From Podarcis cretensis (lineage: Eukaryota): 64,000 bases of DNA. The position numbers were made by a program, and so were the translations under genes. The stretch's first letter is position 1, and every line of letters starts with the position of its first letter. Positions 1 through 12,741 of this stretch are shown one piece after another. The notes below the pieces were generated by a model. The model was not told the origin of the DNA. It did not search any database and saw nothing but the letters and a program-made list of their open reading frames with translations. The stretch is taken from assembly GCA_951804945.1 (NCBI GenBank), contig OX638152.1, positions 42,842,001 through 42,906,000 on the forward strand, read 5' to 3'.

Positions 1-240
1 AAGAATGTAGGAGCCCTGCTGGAAAGACGCAAGGGTCTTTCTAGTACAGCATTCTTTTTCCAACTGTAGTCAACCAGACAGTTCTGGGAATTCAGGCAAA
101 AGTTCTCTTGTTGTTTGCCTACCCTCCAAGAACTGATATTCAAAGGAATGTCGTCTCTGAAATGGGAAGCTTCGTTTAGTAATTGTGGCTAGTGCCTGTT
201 CAAGGACCTGCCTCCCATGAAAATATCTAATCCCATTTTA
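1..240 (-). mobile_element. Degenerate CR1-type LINE 3'-end fragment
   Basis: Resembles the recurrent 'AAGAGCCTGCTGGATCAG...CTAGTCCAGCAT...GGCCAACCAGATGCC' motif, also seen at ~9215, ~47810 and, inverted, at ~55760-55880. Family assignment is by recognition. Confidence 0.45.
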
Positions 241-2559
241 AATAAATAAAGTTGATATGCTTTTAAACATTATAATCTTAATTCTTTATGTGTGTCTGTG
301 TGTTTTTTTAAAAAACTTTTTTGTTTTAGATTTCTAGTATGTTGCCTCCAGGCTGTCTTTGTAAGGCAACTAGCAAACTAAATAAAAATTAATAATAATA
401 AAATTATTTTAGGAGATCTGCTATCCAATAGTGTCTTTGAGTGTGAGCTGTGCAAAGAGGTTGCCCCAGCTGCAAACTTAGTGGGTGGATACAGGCAACT
501 GATGTGGAAACTGTATCTGCAATATGGGTGTAATAATGCTGACCTACTTTCGAGGAGTGTAACAAGAATCACAATGTGCATGGAGTGCTTGGAACACTAT
601 AAAGTGCAACATAAGTACTAAATATTATCATTATTACAACAGATTCTTAACCTGTGCTTTCTGAAAGACAGCCTCCCATTTACGTCCTGCACAATAATAT
701 TTGCAGGGCCTTTCAGATGTTTACGAAACATATTTAGAGAACCACATCTCAATGCTTCCATAAAGATGTGTATTTTGTTGTTATTAGATATTTTAGTCTT
801 GATCCTAATGCATATCACTTTGTTCTCTTTATCCGTTTATGATAGGACCATTTACTCAGCCTATTTGTGCATTTATTTCCTTCTCCACCAATGGGCACAG
901 GTTCTTGGGTGAGTGGGTGGGTCATGGGCAGATGAGCTCTATCTGCTCAGCATGCAAGTTACTTAAAAAACCCAAAAACCTTCTTTAAGACCTTATGAAA
1001 TATAAAATGCATACAGGTGATAACTTCTCAGAGGCTTGGAAATGGCACTGTAGAGCTGGCACAGCCTGTGGTAAACACATACACCATGGTCTATGGGCAA
1101 ACTGGTTTGGGAAGTTTTCAAAGGGCTTTAAATTGTACTGTGGAAAGTTGAAACTGGCCCCCCAAATCTTATTGGTGCAACAGATCTGCATGTTTGGGCT
1201 TGATTTCTGTGTGTACATGATAGAGTGCTCACAATGAGAACACACTTTTTGCTTTTTTTTAAAGTACGTGAAAGAATTCATGCTTAAATATATATCCTCA
1301 CGCACTATAGCCATTAAAAGCAGTTCAGAGCTACCTCTCCCTCTCCCCCATGTCCCACATGCTTCCTTTTTTTTGGCTGTGTGTGCCAGGCACTGTGTAT
1401 TCATTTCTGCAACCATAAGGGCTAGTAACTTGTTGTTTTTGTGTGTGTGTATGTTTTTGTAAGTGGAAGCCAAAGTTCTTAGGAAGCTAAATTACCACTT
1501 TCCATGTTCACATTCAGTGCTTGTTGTGTACTTCAGAAACATGACTTACAGACACATCTTTCCCCATCCTCCACTGTGGTGCCCATGATAGCCCCAGTGA
1601 ATTTCGGCTACAAAGGGAACTGAAGAACTGGCTGTTTCTGTTACTATTGGTTGGTGCCTCCAGTTCAAAATACAACGAAGGAGACAATGTGGATTTGCCT
1701 CCTGTATTCCATTATGCTCAAAATGGGAAGCTATATTCACAAAAGTTAGTGCCAATTCTGTTTTCTATCTCTTTGTTGTGGGGGTGGGTTTGAGAGGGGA
1801 TGGGCAAATGTAAGGTGCAAAATTCCCACTCGAATGTGAGGGTGAGGAAAGGAAACAGGAGGAAATATGTTAGGGGTTAGACTTGAGAATTGAACTTTAG
1901 TAAGAGTATATGGTGGAGAGGGTTAAGTCTCCTGCCTCCTAGAGACAAGAAAAGGAGGCACAAATTTTCATTTCATCTCATTGCCGTTTAATTGTAAAGA
2001 CGTGTGGAAATTAAAAATGCTGGAAGCTAATCCCTGCAAATTCATTATAACCACTGTGGTTTGTGGATATCTGTAGCTAGCCACAATCCACAGGCCAAGA
2101 GGAGCTGTATTAAATCAATATGAACATGGTTCCCCCGCCGCCTTTTGGCTTTTTTATGTCTGTTTTGCCAGCGAAGTGTCATACGGGTGCAATCCACATA
2201 CCTATCGAAACCAATGAGCACAATTCCATAGATTTTAATGGATCTGGAGTATACCTAGCAACATTAAAGCGTGAGATGCGTTTGGTTTGGTTGACAGCCC
2301 GCAGGGTTTATGTAATAGGGCACACAAGACGGGGGAGCGGGCGTGTGAGGTTGGAAGGAGAGAATAAATCTGGGAGCCGATCAGATTCGGGGGGCCGCCC
2401 GATCGCCGAGATGGAATGCGTCTCCTGAATTAATACAACGACCCTGACCTCCCGGCCAGAGAGCTCGGCTTTTAATTCTGCAAAATCCAATTTGTGCGCC
2501 TGCAATTGAGATGGATGGTGCAGACCTGCTCTTTAAATCAGTGTCTGCTATTTTGGGGG

Positions 2560-2654
2560 GGGGGGGCAAGTGGAGGCGGGAGGAGAACGTGTGTTCGCCC
2601 TGTGCTGCGCTGCAGCCCGACTCCCTGCCTCACTCGCCCTGTCTCTTGATTTTG
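2560..2654 (+). other. BCL9: Candidate BCL9 non-coding exon 1a (start approximate)
   Basis: Consensus splice donor TTG|GTAAGA (GT at 2655) at the 5' edge of the CpG island. The TSS cannot be determined from sequence. Confidence 0.45.
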
Positions 2655-3479
2655 GTAAGAGCCTGCTGCAGGCTTACGCATCTCAGCGCGGCGAGGTGTC
2701 GTGTGTGCTCTTGCAGCGTGCGGTGCGGCTGCCGTACCTGGGAGACGAGGGGCCCTGAGGTGTGGGAAGTGTGCAGAGCGTCCGTGTGTGTGTGTGTGTG
2801 TTTTGTGTGTGCGCGCCCTGCCTGGGTGTGGCTTAGGCTTGGGACGTGTGCCTCCCCCTCGCATTGCCACAGAGACACTTCTATGCCTTCTGATGCCTCG
2901 AAATAAACGTGCCGAGATTCCAGGTTGGCTCCGAGGAGTTCCTGGTGGAGATGGCTTTGCGGGGGGTGTGTGTGTGGTGGGGGGAAAAGAATATTTTTTT
3001 TAAAGGGCAGCATGTCGCTTTAAGAAGTGCCATTGGGTGGCTGCGTCTTTAAGAGGGAAGAGGCGGCGGAAAGAAAACTACCTTGAGGTATGGGGCTGGC
3101 CTATGCTAATTGCGGGGGCGGTGCCAGGATGAATGGAGGGAGGTGAGGGCGGTGCTGCTCTACAGGGGAGGAAGGACCCATGCATTCAAGGCCTGTCTCT
3201 TTAAGGAATCAGTTGATACCATTCCGAGAGAGAGGAAAGGGGGGGATCTAGCCCCCCCTCCTCTCCATCGGGACACTACCATTCCCGTTGCTGGGGAGGC
3301 GAGGCGGCCCCGATGGCTTGGAGAAGTCAAAGTCTGCCCGTGAGTGAGGAGGGGACGTTCCATTGATTGGGTGGGCCGGGAGGGTTGGGGGAAGCGCGCG
3401 CGATAGGCTGCTTCATTCGCGGGGAGCGGACGGGGAGGGGGGCGCGCGCAAGAGAAGGAGGGAGGCCGAGGGGCGATGG

Positions 3480-3689
3480 GCGGTACCATGTGGGAGAGGG
3501 GGAGGAGGAGAAGGCGGAGGGGGGAGGCTGGCTGGCTGGCGGACAATGGAGCCTGTGTGTGTTTGCGGGAAAGGAGCGAGTTCGCCGTCGCCGGGGGGAG
3601 ACGCTGCGCCGCCGCCGCCGCCTCCTGCCCGGGGCTGAGAGGTGCCCCCCGGCCAGGCCAGGCCCCTCCGCCCTTGGTGGGCAAGAGCG
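3480..3689 (+). other. BCL9: Candidate BCL9 alternative non-coding exon 1b (start approximate)
   Basis: Downstream of CCAAT/GC boxes. Donor GCG|GTGAGC (GT at 3690). Confidence 0.35.
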
Positions 3690-6556
3690 GTGAGCGCGCG
3701 GAGGGAGGCGGGCAGGAGGATCCTCCGCATGGTGCCAGCGGCACCCGTGGAAACTGCGGGCCGTGGGGAGGCGGGCTGTGCGCGCGCGTGTGTTGAGGTG
3801 GTGGGGGGGGGGCGACGCGGCGAGAGGACGAGGGGCCGCCGGGTAACCGCCCTCCCGCCTGCCTGTTCGGGGGAAAGTTTCGGAGTTTGGGGGCTGGTCG
3901 AAAAACCTGGCGCGGGCGGGCGCGGGGAGCGTGAGGTGGGGGCGCGGGCGGGAGGGAAAGAGGCGGGAGGGGTCGGCGATTGGCAAAGCGAGGCGGGGGT
4001 GGGGGCGGCTCCGAGTAGTCGCCCGAGGCGGGCAGGCGGGCGGGGGGGGGCGGGTTGGAAGGAGAGCCGTGGAGGAGGCCGGAGGGAGGAGGCGTGTCCA
4101 TCGCATGAGGGGAAGAACAAACGGCCCGGGGGGGGGGGAGAGAAACCTTGAGTGGGTGGGCTATCTGTGTACACGGAGTAGTATGTGGATGCGCTTGGGT
4201 ATGTGTGTGGATGGTGTGCGTGTTGTGGCAAGGCGGGTGTCTGGGCAGGAGATGCCAGCCCTTTTGGGGCGGGGGGGGGGGGCTCGTGCGTCTCTGTGGG
4301 TAACGGAGCAAGGCAGCCTGGGTTAGGAAAACAGGGTGGAAGGAACGGAGTGAGCCTGGGAATTTGGGGGTAAGCAACGCTGCACACTCCCCCACCCCCG
4401 TTTTCCTTCTCCCCATTTGAGTTAAATAAGGGGATTTGCCACTGTGGGTCGCCGCTGAAAGAGGGGAGGATTTTGCAGATGCTTCTGGAGGTGAGGAGCT
4501 GCTTTAGGCTTTGAGGTGGGGGGGGGGAGAGAGGAGAGGGACGGAGTGTGTGTTTGTGTCTTCTGGGCTGCCTAGGCAGTCGCCATGGGCCCAAGGGGGC
4601 AGTACAGAAGAATAAAAGTGCAAGGGGGTAAGAAAACGGCTTGTGGATCCAGTGCGTGGAAATGGGGTGGCCGTAGGCAACCCCCTGCAAGGCTGTTAAG
4701 AAAGGTGTGCAGAGCTGTTTAAGAGGTCTTTCTGTACATGACCAGAGAGCATAGTGCTCCCCCTTCCAACAATGCTGGTCAGAGGGATTGTGAACTAGGT
4801 GCCCAGTCTGCAAGGAGTACAATTCCACATTGCTAGTTAAAGGGAGCTGTAGATGGGGGGGGGGGGAGAGATAAAAATCAGGGGCTTGATAATTTCTCCT
4901 GAATTGTTGTGAATATTGGTTAGTCCCTGTTTGCTTAATTGCATGCGTAGGTAGATGGTACAAATCTGTTGACGTTATCTCCACCCTGGAAATTTACACG
5001 TTCAGTCATTTTTTAGTTCTGTAGTTAGAACCACATGCAGCTTAGATCATACTATGCATTGGTCTTAAAGTAATAGATTAATTGCTCTTACATTCCAAAA
5101 CCATTTTTGTAAATGGGGAGACAGACTTGCTCCTAAGTTTTGACCTGTGATATGTAGAGTTAGTACATAGTTTCAAAGCTGAATTAGGTAGGAGAGGCCA
5201 CACAATTCAGTAGGGCCTTTTCCCCCTAGCCTTTCTTGAGTCTGGTCTTTAGGTCACTTGAATGTTGATGTAGCATTGAAGGGGTAGTATACAAAGAGAA
5301 CTTGGTTTTTTTCTGAAATGCTAAATACTCTGGTGTGCTATCTTAACTTCAGATTGGCAGTCTTTGCATTCAGTTTATTCTACCTCCCTGTTTGCTACTT
5401 TTTTCTTACTAAACTAATGCTCCATTTAAATGAACAACAGAGTAGGCTGACTAAAATGCAGTCCATCAACTTGTGTTAAGATGAGAGGAAAAATGTCTAT
5501 TTTGGTTCGCACTGAAACTTGAGTTATTTTAATGTGTTGTAAAATGGTGGCAAGGTAGAAAACATTTGTGTAAAAGTAGTTAAAAGAAAAGCACATTGGA
5601 GTATAACAGCGTGGGCACATCATATCATCCACAAATACCACTTGCTTCCATTCAGCTTTATTTTTAATTCATATATTCAAGTGTACACAGTCTGTAGTCA
5701 TTGCAGCGATTCCTGGAGGGGTAGTTCCTCAGTACTTTCTATCTGAGGGGAACTGAGGGCACTTCCACAAATGAAGCTAAGAACTTCATTTATATATCAC
5801 TTTGAATACTGTTGTCTGAGTGTGGTGTGTTAAGAAATGCTTTTAAATGGCATGTATGTTCTCATTATTATGGCTCTTCCATTCAGCTTACAGATGAAAT
5901 GAAATTTAGCCAGTTGGAATAGTGTGATGAATGTGAGCTAGTTTTGCTCAAAACTACCTGGTAAATAAACCATAAACCAAATTTGGAATGTAAAACTAAT
6001 TCAACATACTGTACATTTATTTCCTCTTTATCTACTTGATTTTGCTTAGCTTGAGATAGGGCTCAGCAACCTGGTCAATGTATGCTGGGGGGGGGGGGGA
6101 AATCCAGCAGAAGAGCTGCAGCTAATTTACACTGATTTGCATTTATCTAAAGCGTGCCACTTGACATATTATTTTGGTGTCAAGTTAGATGTTGCATTTA
6201 TGAGTCATGTGTATTAAAATATGGTGAACATGGACTATCTTCATTGAACTTGGAAGATGTTGCACTCTTAAATAATGATGCTCAGGATTTTTGTTGTTCT
6301 CACTTATGGTTTTAAGCCAAATAAGAGTGACCTGGGACCTCATCTGGGTGTGTGTGTGTGAAGTGAAATGGTTCCTGATAAGAGGGAGTTGCCAAACTAA
6401 TACTAGTCATGTTGCTTTCTTAGCTGAGCAGTAGCATCTCATTTTGACTAGAGGAAGTAAAAACTTTTCTGCTTCTGCACTTCCCAATCCCTCCAGGTAA
6501 CAGTGAGCAGCTGAATTGAGGCATGGTGTTACCCTTGATGGGTGCTCCACAGCCTA

Positions 6557-6768
6557 GCAGTTCGAAAGCACGAATGGCAAGTAGATAAATAGGGAAGGTA
6601 AACGGTGTTTCCGTGTGCTGCTCTGGTTCGCCAGAAGCTGCTTAGTCATGCTGGCCACATGACCCAGAAGCTGTACGTCGGCTCCCTTGGCCAGTAAAGC
6701 GAGATGAGCGCCGCAACCCCAGAGTTGTCCACGACTGGACCTAACGTTCAGGGGTCTCTTAACCTTTA
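6557..6768 (+). mobile_element. 5'-truncated Sauria SINE with 10-bp TSD CCACAGCCTA (6547-6556 / 6769-6778)
   Basis: Core GCAGTTCGAAAGCAC...CAAGTAGATAAATAGG...GGTAAACGG matches the copies at 23815 and 60747. ACCTTTAC tail and direct-repeat flanks. Confidence 0.85.
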
Positions 6769-9209
6769 CCACAGCCTACTGTGCTTTCATCTGACAGCAT
6801 TCTATAGGCTATCTCATTATTGTAGTTGTGCCCTTTACCTTTAAAAAGCGATTGGTTAAATAGTTGACAAGTATGTGTAAGCATTAATCTTTTTAGAACA
6901 AAAAAGATACTTCAGTAATCAACAAGTTTGAGGCTTCTAATTTCAAAAACAAAGCAGTTCAGTTTGTCAGGGGCATACGAATTTTGTGTGGCCACCCAAA
7001 AAGTTGTGGCTTCCAAACATTATCACCATGCCCTTGCTTCAAGTGATGGGGACCCTTGCTTAGAGCTAAGGAGAGGCTTTAAGGATTCGTGGAAGGGGCC
7101 TGAGAACATCTCCAAAGCACTCTGCATCTCCTACTTCTTCATAAGCTCCAAGCTTGGGAATTGGATTTGTGTTCTTTGCATTTGATTTTTGTGTGCAAGT
7201 TGTTTATTTTTGAATATTTATATCTCATGTTTTGGGTTAAAAGAGTCTCCCCAAGGAGCTTAAAAATATATTAAAAACAAAGTATTGTAATAAAAGAGTA
7301 TTAAAACCCAGCAATAAATCATTTGTAGCAGCAGGATGCAAAGTTAAAAGATTTCAAAAACCAGGTTAAAAGAAGATATCGATCATCTATCTAAAGATTA
7401 TGAGAGTGTGAGCCAACTAGTTTTCCTGGGGAAGGTAATTACATAGCCTTGACACCACTTCTGAAAAGGCCTGTCCTATCCTCACCAATCATCCTACCAT
7501 CCATGGCTCTGAATGGAAAGGACATGGAGCAGGGGATCTGATGATTATCCTAAATGTTGGGAAGACTTGTGTGGGTGGATGTGTTCCATTAAATAACCTG
7601 GCTGCATACTATTTTGAGCTTCGTAGGTAATTGTGCCAAGTTACTAACAACCTTAGATTGTGCCAGGTTACTAATTGGAAGCCATGTGAGCTACAATAGC
7701 TTCCAGTTAATTTCCTGACATAGTAACATAGTGAATTGATTTAAATCAGCAAGGAACAAGGCCTATACAACTTCATATATTTCCTAAATCTGATGAGTAT
7801 ACCTTGTTGATTTACAACTAGAATATTATCTTCAGTGGTTTATTATTACAACCAGGCCTCCTTTCATTGATGTTGTCACAATGTGTAAATTTTGCATGCT
7901 TTAGGTTTTTTGTATCTATACAGAGACCATTCAATATAGGTTGTGTCTTACAACTCCCATAACAGTTTGAGTCTTGCACAAGACAGTGCAGTCTTGTAAT
8001 ATCTACTCAGAAGTAAATCCCATTGCGTTCAAAGGCATTTACTCCCCAGCAGCTGAGTCCAGGATTGCAGCCTAAGTGTGGGAATCTGCACACTGGGCAT
8101 TTTTTTTCTTTTCTTCTTTTTTCCAGTATTGCTCCTTTCTGTTTCATTCTGCCTTGGGCTAGCTCCACCCTCCTAAAAACAACAAAAAATAATACAAGAT
8201 TTGATAGTAACTGGACAGACAAGGGAAACTTATTTTCACCAGGTGAACATAAGCTTGTGTTTTGTGCAAGTATTCATATCTGATAAATGAGCAAATCATT
8301 TCTTCATTTACATAGAGAAGAATCCTTTAACTTGCTGTATCTGGAAGATACATTGATTTGCTTTAGTGATTAAGACTGCAACCCTAATGTTAGGGGAGGA
8401 GCAAAATCCAAAGGAGATTCAACAGCCTTAATTGAAAATCCTGCAAGTTGAGCTAGCAGGATGAAAGTGAGAGTGGTGGAAGGCCTTTGGGTTCTTCCGT
8501 CCATTTCCTGCTGTGTTTTTCTGTTTTGACATTTCCCTTTCCATTTTTGTTAGAGGGAGTGGAAGAAGAGATTTAAACGTGTTCAGAAGTGTTACTTAAA
8601 TAAATAAACCTGGTTTGGGTGTGTAACAGGAGACTGGGAGGACTCAGGATCTCAGCTCCTTCCTTCCGTATTCCTTCTTGGACCATCTAGTGTTGGATGT
8701 TGGTTGGGCCAGAATGCCGGAAGACTCATTGCAGTTAAATAAGAAGGCCTCAACATTGGATCTCTCACTCTCATGTTGGAGAGGTAGATCTGATCTATCC
8801 TAAGGCCCCTCAGATGCCCTCCAAGAGACCATAGTATTGCAGTCTGAACTATAGGACAAGCATGTGGATAATACATAACTGAATATTAATCTAATTATTT
8901 AAGAGAAGTATACATACATACATACATACATACATATGCACACATTTAAATACCATCCTTTATCCTGGTTGGATATTAAGGCAGTGTATAATCAAATTAT
9001 ATTGTAGTATGAGAAACAACTAGAAGATGATATCAAATAGAACCCCTAAAAGCAGAACTAGAAATAAAGCCAATTTAAATGCCTGGCTGAGTAAAACTTT
9101 TGCCTGGTGCTGAAAAGAGTGCAGCATAGGTGCCATGCCAAACCACTTTAGGGACGACATTCCATAAATGGGGTGCCAATGCTGAAAAAGCAAACTCCTT
9201 TGTGATTGA

Positions 9210-9925
9210 GTAAGAACAGAAGAAGAGCCCTTTAGCATCAGTTCAAAGGCCTGTCTAATCCAGCATCTGATTTCTCATAGTGGCCAACTAAATGCCTCCC
9301 AGAGTCCCAAAAGTAGGATATGAACAGAAAAGCACTCTCTGCTCTTCTGATACTGGTATTCAGTGGCTTGCTGCCTCTGATCCTGGAGCTCATAAGTAGC
9401 CATCATGATTAGTAACCCTTGGGAGACAAATTCATGGCAGATAAAACTAATTAAAACTCTAAATTGGTAGTCATTAATACATCTTGTTGCAGTGAATTCC
9501 AAAGTTTAACTCTGTTCTTTGTGAAGAAGTCCTTTTTTTTTGTCTGTCCTGAATCTCTCAGCTCTCAGCTTCATTGGATGACCCTTGCTTTTAGCATTAA
9601 GAGAGAAGAAGGAAAAACTTCTCTCTATTCACTTCCTCTACTTGGTGCTTAATTTTATTACACTTTTATCATGCCTGCCTTACTCTTCCACCACTCCACT
9701 ACCAACTGGGTTCAAATGGTGTAGCTGTTCCTTATAGGTGTCTTGCTGTAGCGCTCTGGTAATTTTTGTGGCTCTTTTCTTGCCCAACCTTGCCCAACTC
9801 TACAATATCTTCCTTGAGATGCAGCGACGAGAGTTGTACAGAGTTATCCAAATGTGGTTACACCACAGTTTTGGCAGCTTTCTTTTCAATCCCTTTCCCA
9901 CTGACCCCTAACATGCCTTCACCAC
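9210..9925 (-). mobile_element. CR1-type LINE 3' fragment (degenerate)
   Basis: CR1 3' tail motif plus antisense ORF2-end motif 'GAGATGCAGCGAC..GAGTTGTACAGAGTTATCCAAATGTGG'. Boundaries approximate. Confidence 0.55.
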
Positions 9926-10284
9926 TGATGGGGCACCTGGAGAAGGGCTTCAGCAGAATTCTCAAGGCACTGGCCAGTTGGTGTGGGAGTAGGTGTCATT
10001 CTGGTTTGCTGTGTGAAATGGATCTTGGCTGCCACTTTTTATACCAGCTTTAGTAAGGACCTGTTCATGTAAAGTATAACTTAATGGTATTAGGCAACGT
10101 TTTTACAATTGCGTGCAATTCACGGAAAAGTTCTCTTGGGCTTTTATCCTGGAACAGCCAACCTGAAGTTGCAGTACTTCAAAAAAATGAAGACAGAAAT
10201 AAAACCATATAGTAGCAACTATTAAACAAAAAACTTTTTTTCCTCAAAAAAAGACAGCTGTGCTAAATAAGCAGCTGGCCAAAT

Positions 10285-11224
10285 TTTCTTTCAAGAGATC
10301 TCAAGATACGGTAGTTTCAATCAGCACCCCCACCCTCCCAAAAAACCAAAAAGACTAGTATTCTGCTAGGAAAAATTCAGCTACTGTAAAGAGCTTTCTC
10401 AAAACATTTTCACAAAAGGAACATGCCTTCAAAGGGAGTGACCCCTAGTCTTGTGGAATATCGAAAATATTTGACCATGGTCAAATAATACATAGTCAAT
10501 TGACTGTTGACTAGTTAGTTAAGTGATGTGCCAGTCTCACCTATGTGTTGGAAGAGAAGGGGTTTGTTTTCTGGTCTGTCAGAGACCTTTTGGTGAGAGC
10601 TGATGTTTGCCTGCTGGAGGTGATGGTGCTCAGAGTGGGTCTACCCATGATTTTTTGATATGGGCTTGTATGAAGCTGTCAGGATTTTGAAAAGTAGAGG
10701 GTATTATTTTATATTATTTTATCTATTTTAAAGGGATGATCAGTGAGAGAGGCCAGTTTCCCTTTCATTTACTTGTGTGTTCCTCATGAGAGGAATTCAG
10801 TTTCCACTGTGTGGACCTCTTAGGTATTTTTTTATTAAGTGGTCTATAAGTTAAGTTAAAAATAAATAAATATTCCTTTCAGTGAAGAGGATTGGAAGAT
10901 GTAGAGGAGTGTTGGCTTGTTTGGTTGAAGGAAGTACAGTTAAAGCCTCCTTCATAATTATTTTGTGGTAGTTTAAGGTTTTCTGGGTGATAGTTGACTT
11001 GTTGAACAGGCCCTCTTTTAAGAGACTGGTGGGGAGGACCTTTTCTATGATAGCTCCAGGATCACTCCCTTTGAAGGCATGTTCCTTTTGTGAAAATGTT
11101 TTGAGAAAGCTCTTTCCAGGAGCTGAATTATTTTTTCCTAGCAGAAGTTACTAGTCTTTTTGGTTTTTTGGGAGGGTGGGGGTGCTGATTGAAACTACCG
11201 TATCTTGAGATCTCTTGAAAGAAA
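10285..11224. repeat. Long inverted repeat: arms 10285-10441 and 11062-11224, 620-nt spacer
   Basis: By direct comparison, the outer ~68 nt and inner ~54 nt are exact reverse complements. The middle has a few small indels and substitutions. Confidence 0.95.
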
Positions 11225-12654
11225 CTGCCTATAGGGGGCCATAACATCACTGCTCATGCTGAATGGTCCATCATCCTCTGCGGAGGATAATAAATCTCTT
11301 GGCCCTACTGGTGGAACATGGATATGTCTCCACAGTTATGCTGGACTATAGAATTACATGGAGCAGAGTAAGGAAAAGGGAACATTATTGCACCCTTCTC
11401 TATATCTAGAAAGGATTATTTGGGTTTGTCTTTTTGTCCCTTGGCTTCCAAAGTGCTCTTAGTGCATGAACAAGCTCTAGATATCTATTTTGTATTTATA
11501 TCCCACTTTATTTCCCTAACCCTACATGGTTTCACAGATATAGTTAAGTGGAGAAACAGGTATTGGCTGATTGAGGTGGGTTGTTGAACAGAGTCGCAAT
11601 CCTACTCTGAATCAAACAACTTCTCCACATTGGCTATCAGGGGGAAGCGGGATCATTCTAGAGGTTAGGCCAGACTACTGATGGTGCTGTGTGCACCTTG
11701 GGCTTCTACAACTGTAGGAATCATCTCTGATTTCTGCAAATCTGGGCTGGGGCTGAAGGCCAAAGTGCAGGAACAGCCCCACACCTGAGCTACATTTATA
11801 TTTGCAGGTCTGAGGAGCAGGGGATTTTTCTTGACCTTGGATAGAGAAGAGGAGAAAAGTCTTGGTGACCAAGTTGGCTAGCAAGACCAGCTAAGATTTC
11901 TAGACTTCGGGTTGCAGATGGGTGTTTTCTTCTCTCCCCACTTTAAGCAATATTCTTCTTTTGTGGTTTCCATAAACTGGAAAGTGGAGGAGATAATTGG
12001 AGCCCCAGAGAGAGGAGAGTCTGTGAACCCAGGGCAGAGCCCTAAGAGCCAAACCATGGTTTAGCCATACTATCAGAACCAGGCCATATGTGAGGCTTAG
12101 ATACCCGTGTGGCCAAGATTACAGCATGAAATGTTGCTTAGATTACATTGCTTCCCTTTACAGTGAGAGTGCTTGCATTTTATTTTAGCCAAAGCAAGTT
12201 TTCCTGTGGATGTGAAAAAAACTTATGTACAAAAAGCTTAGAAATGAGAGATGATAATGGCAGAACATCTAGTAGCTGAAGGTGGGGCTTTGTAAACCGT
12301 GTAGCCCAGGGCTTGGCAGCTGAAACTTAGTGCTGTTGTCTAGGAATCTAAAATCACTTCCCTTAAATTCCTTACCAAAAAATAAAAGTAAAAGTCTATC
12401 TTCTTGATCTTTACTACATGAGTATGACAAAGTTAACCTGGGCTTTGTTGGTTAATGTGCACAAGTTAGTCCCAGTTACGAAATCGGTTTTCTTGATCAC
12501 AGAACCATAAGCAGAATATTGATACTTCAGGATTCAGCTGCTGTGAAAAGAAACTTTGACTCCACTGTTTATACAGCTCTAAACATCTGTAGTGAGCCAT
12601 AGCTTTTACATTCAGTAGAGATACCTACTACATTCCTGTATCTTTTTCTCCTAG

Positions 12655-12741
12655 ACAACTAAATGCTGGACGTGTTTGTGAGACGAACTGCTCAAAGATA
12701 CCCAGAACTGATGCTGTACTTTGTTTAATATTCCGATCATG
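12655..12741 (+). other. BCL9: Candidate BCL9 5'UTR exon (87 nt)
   Basis: Polypyrimidine tract TCTTTTTCTCCTAG| acceptor and ATG|GTAAGA donor. Confidence 0.5.

Larger units (their letters stand above)
2300..4400 (+). promoter_or_regulatory. BCL9: CpG island / promoter region of BCL9, probably two TSS clusters (~2550-2650 and ~3450-3690)
   Basis: Very high GC and CpG density against a CpG-depleted background. GC boxes (GGGCGG/GGCGGG), inverted CCAAT (ATTGG) at ~3366 and ~3979, and many G-runs. Lies 5' of the BCL9 exons on the same strand. Confidence 0.85.

Noticed and set aside
3160-4984. Long ORFs (418, 259, 523 aa) on the minus strand, and others across the BCL9 CpG island
   Set aside because: Low-complexity Pro/Arg/Gly translations open in several frames at once. 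This is expected in very GC-rich DNA, and no domain is recognisable.
7631-7676. Short direct repeat TTGTGCCA(A/G)GTTACTAA, with a similar small duplication at 57448-57481
   Set aside because: Two-copy local slippage duplications inside repeats, not an array or CRISPR-like structure.
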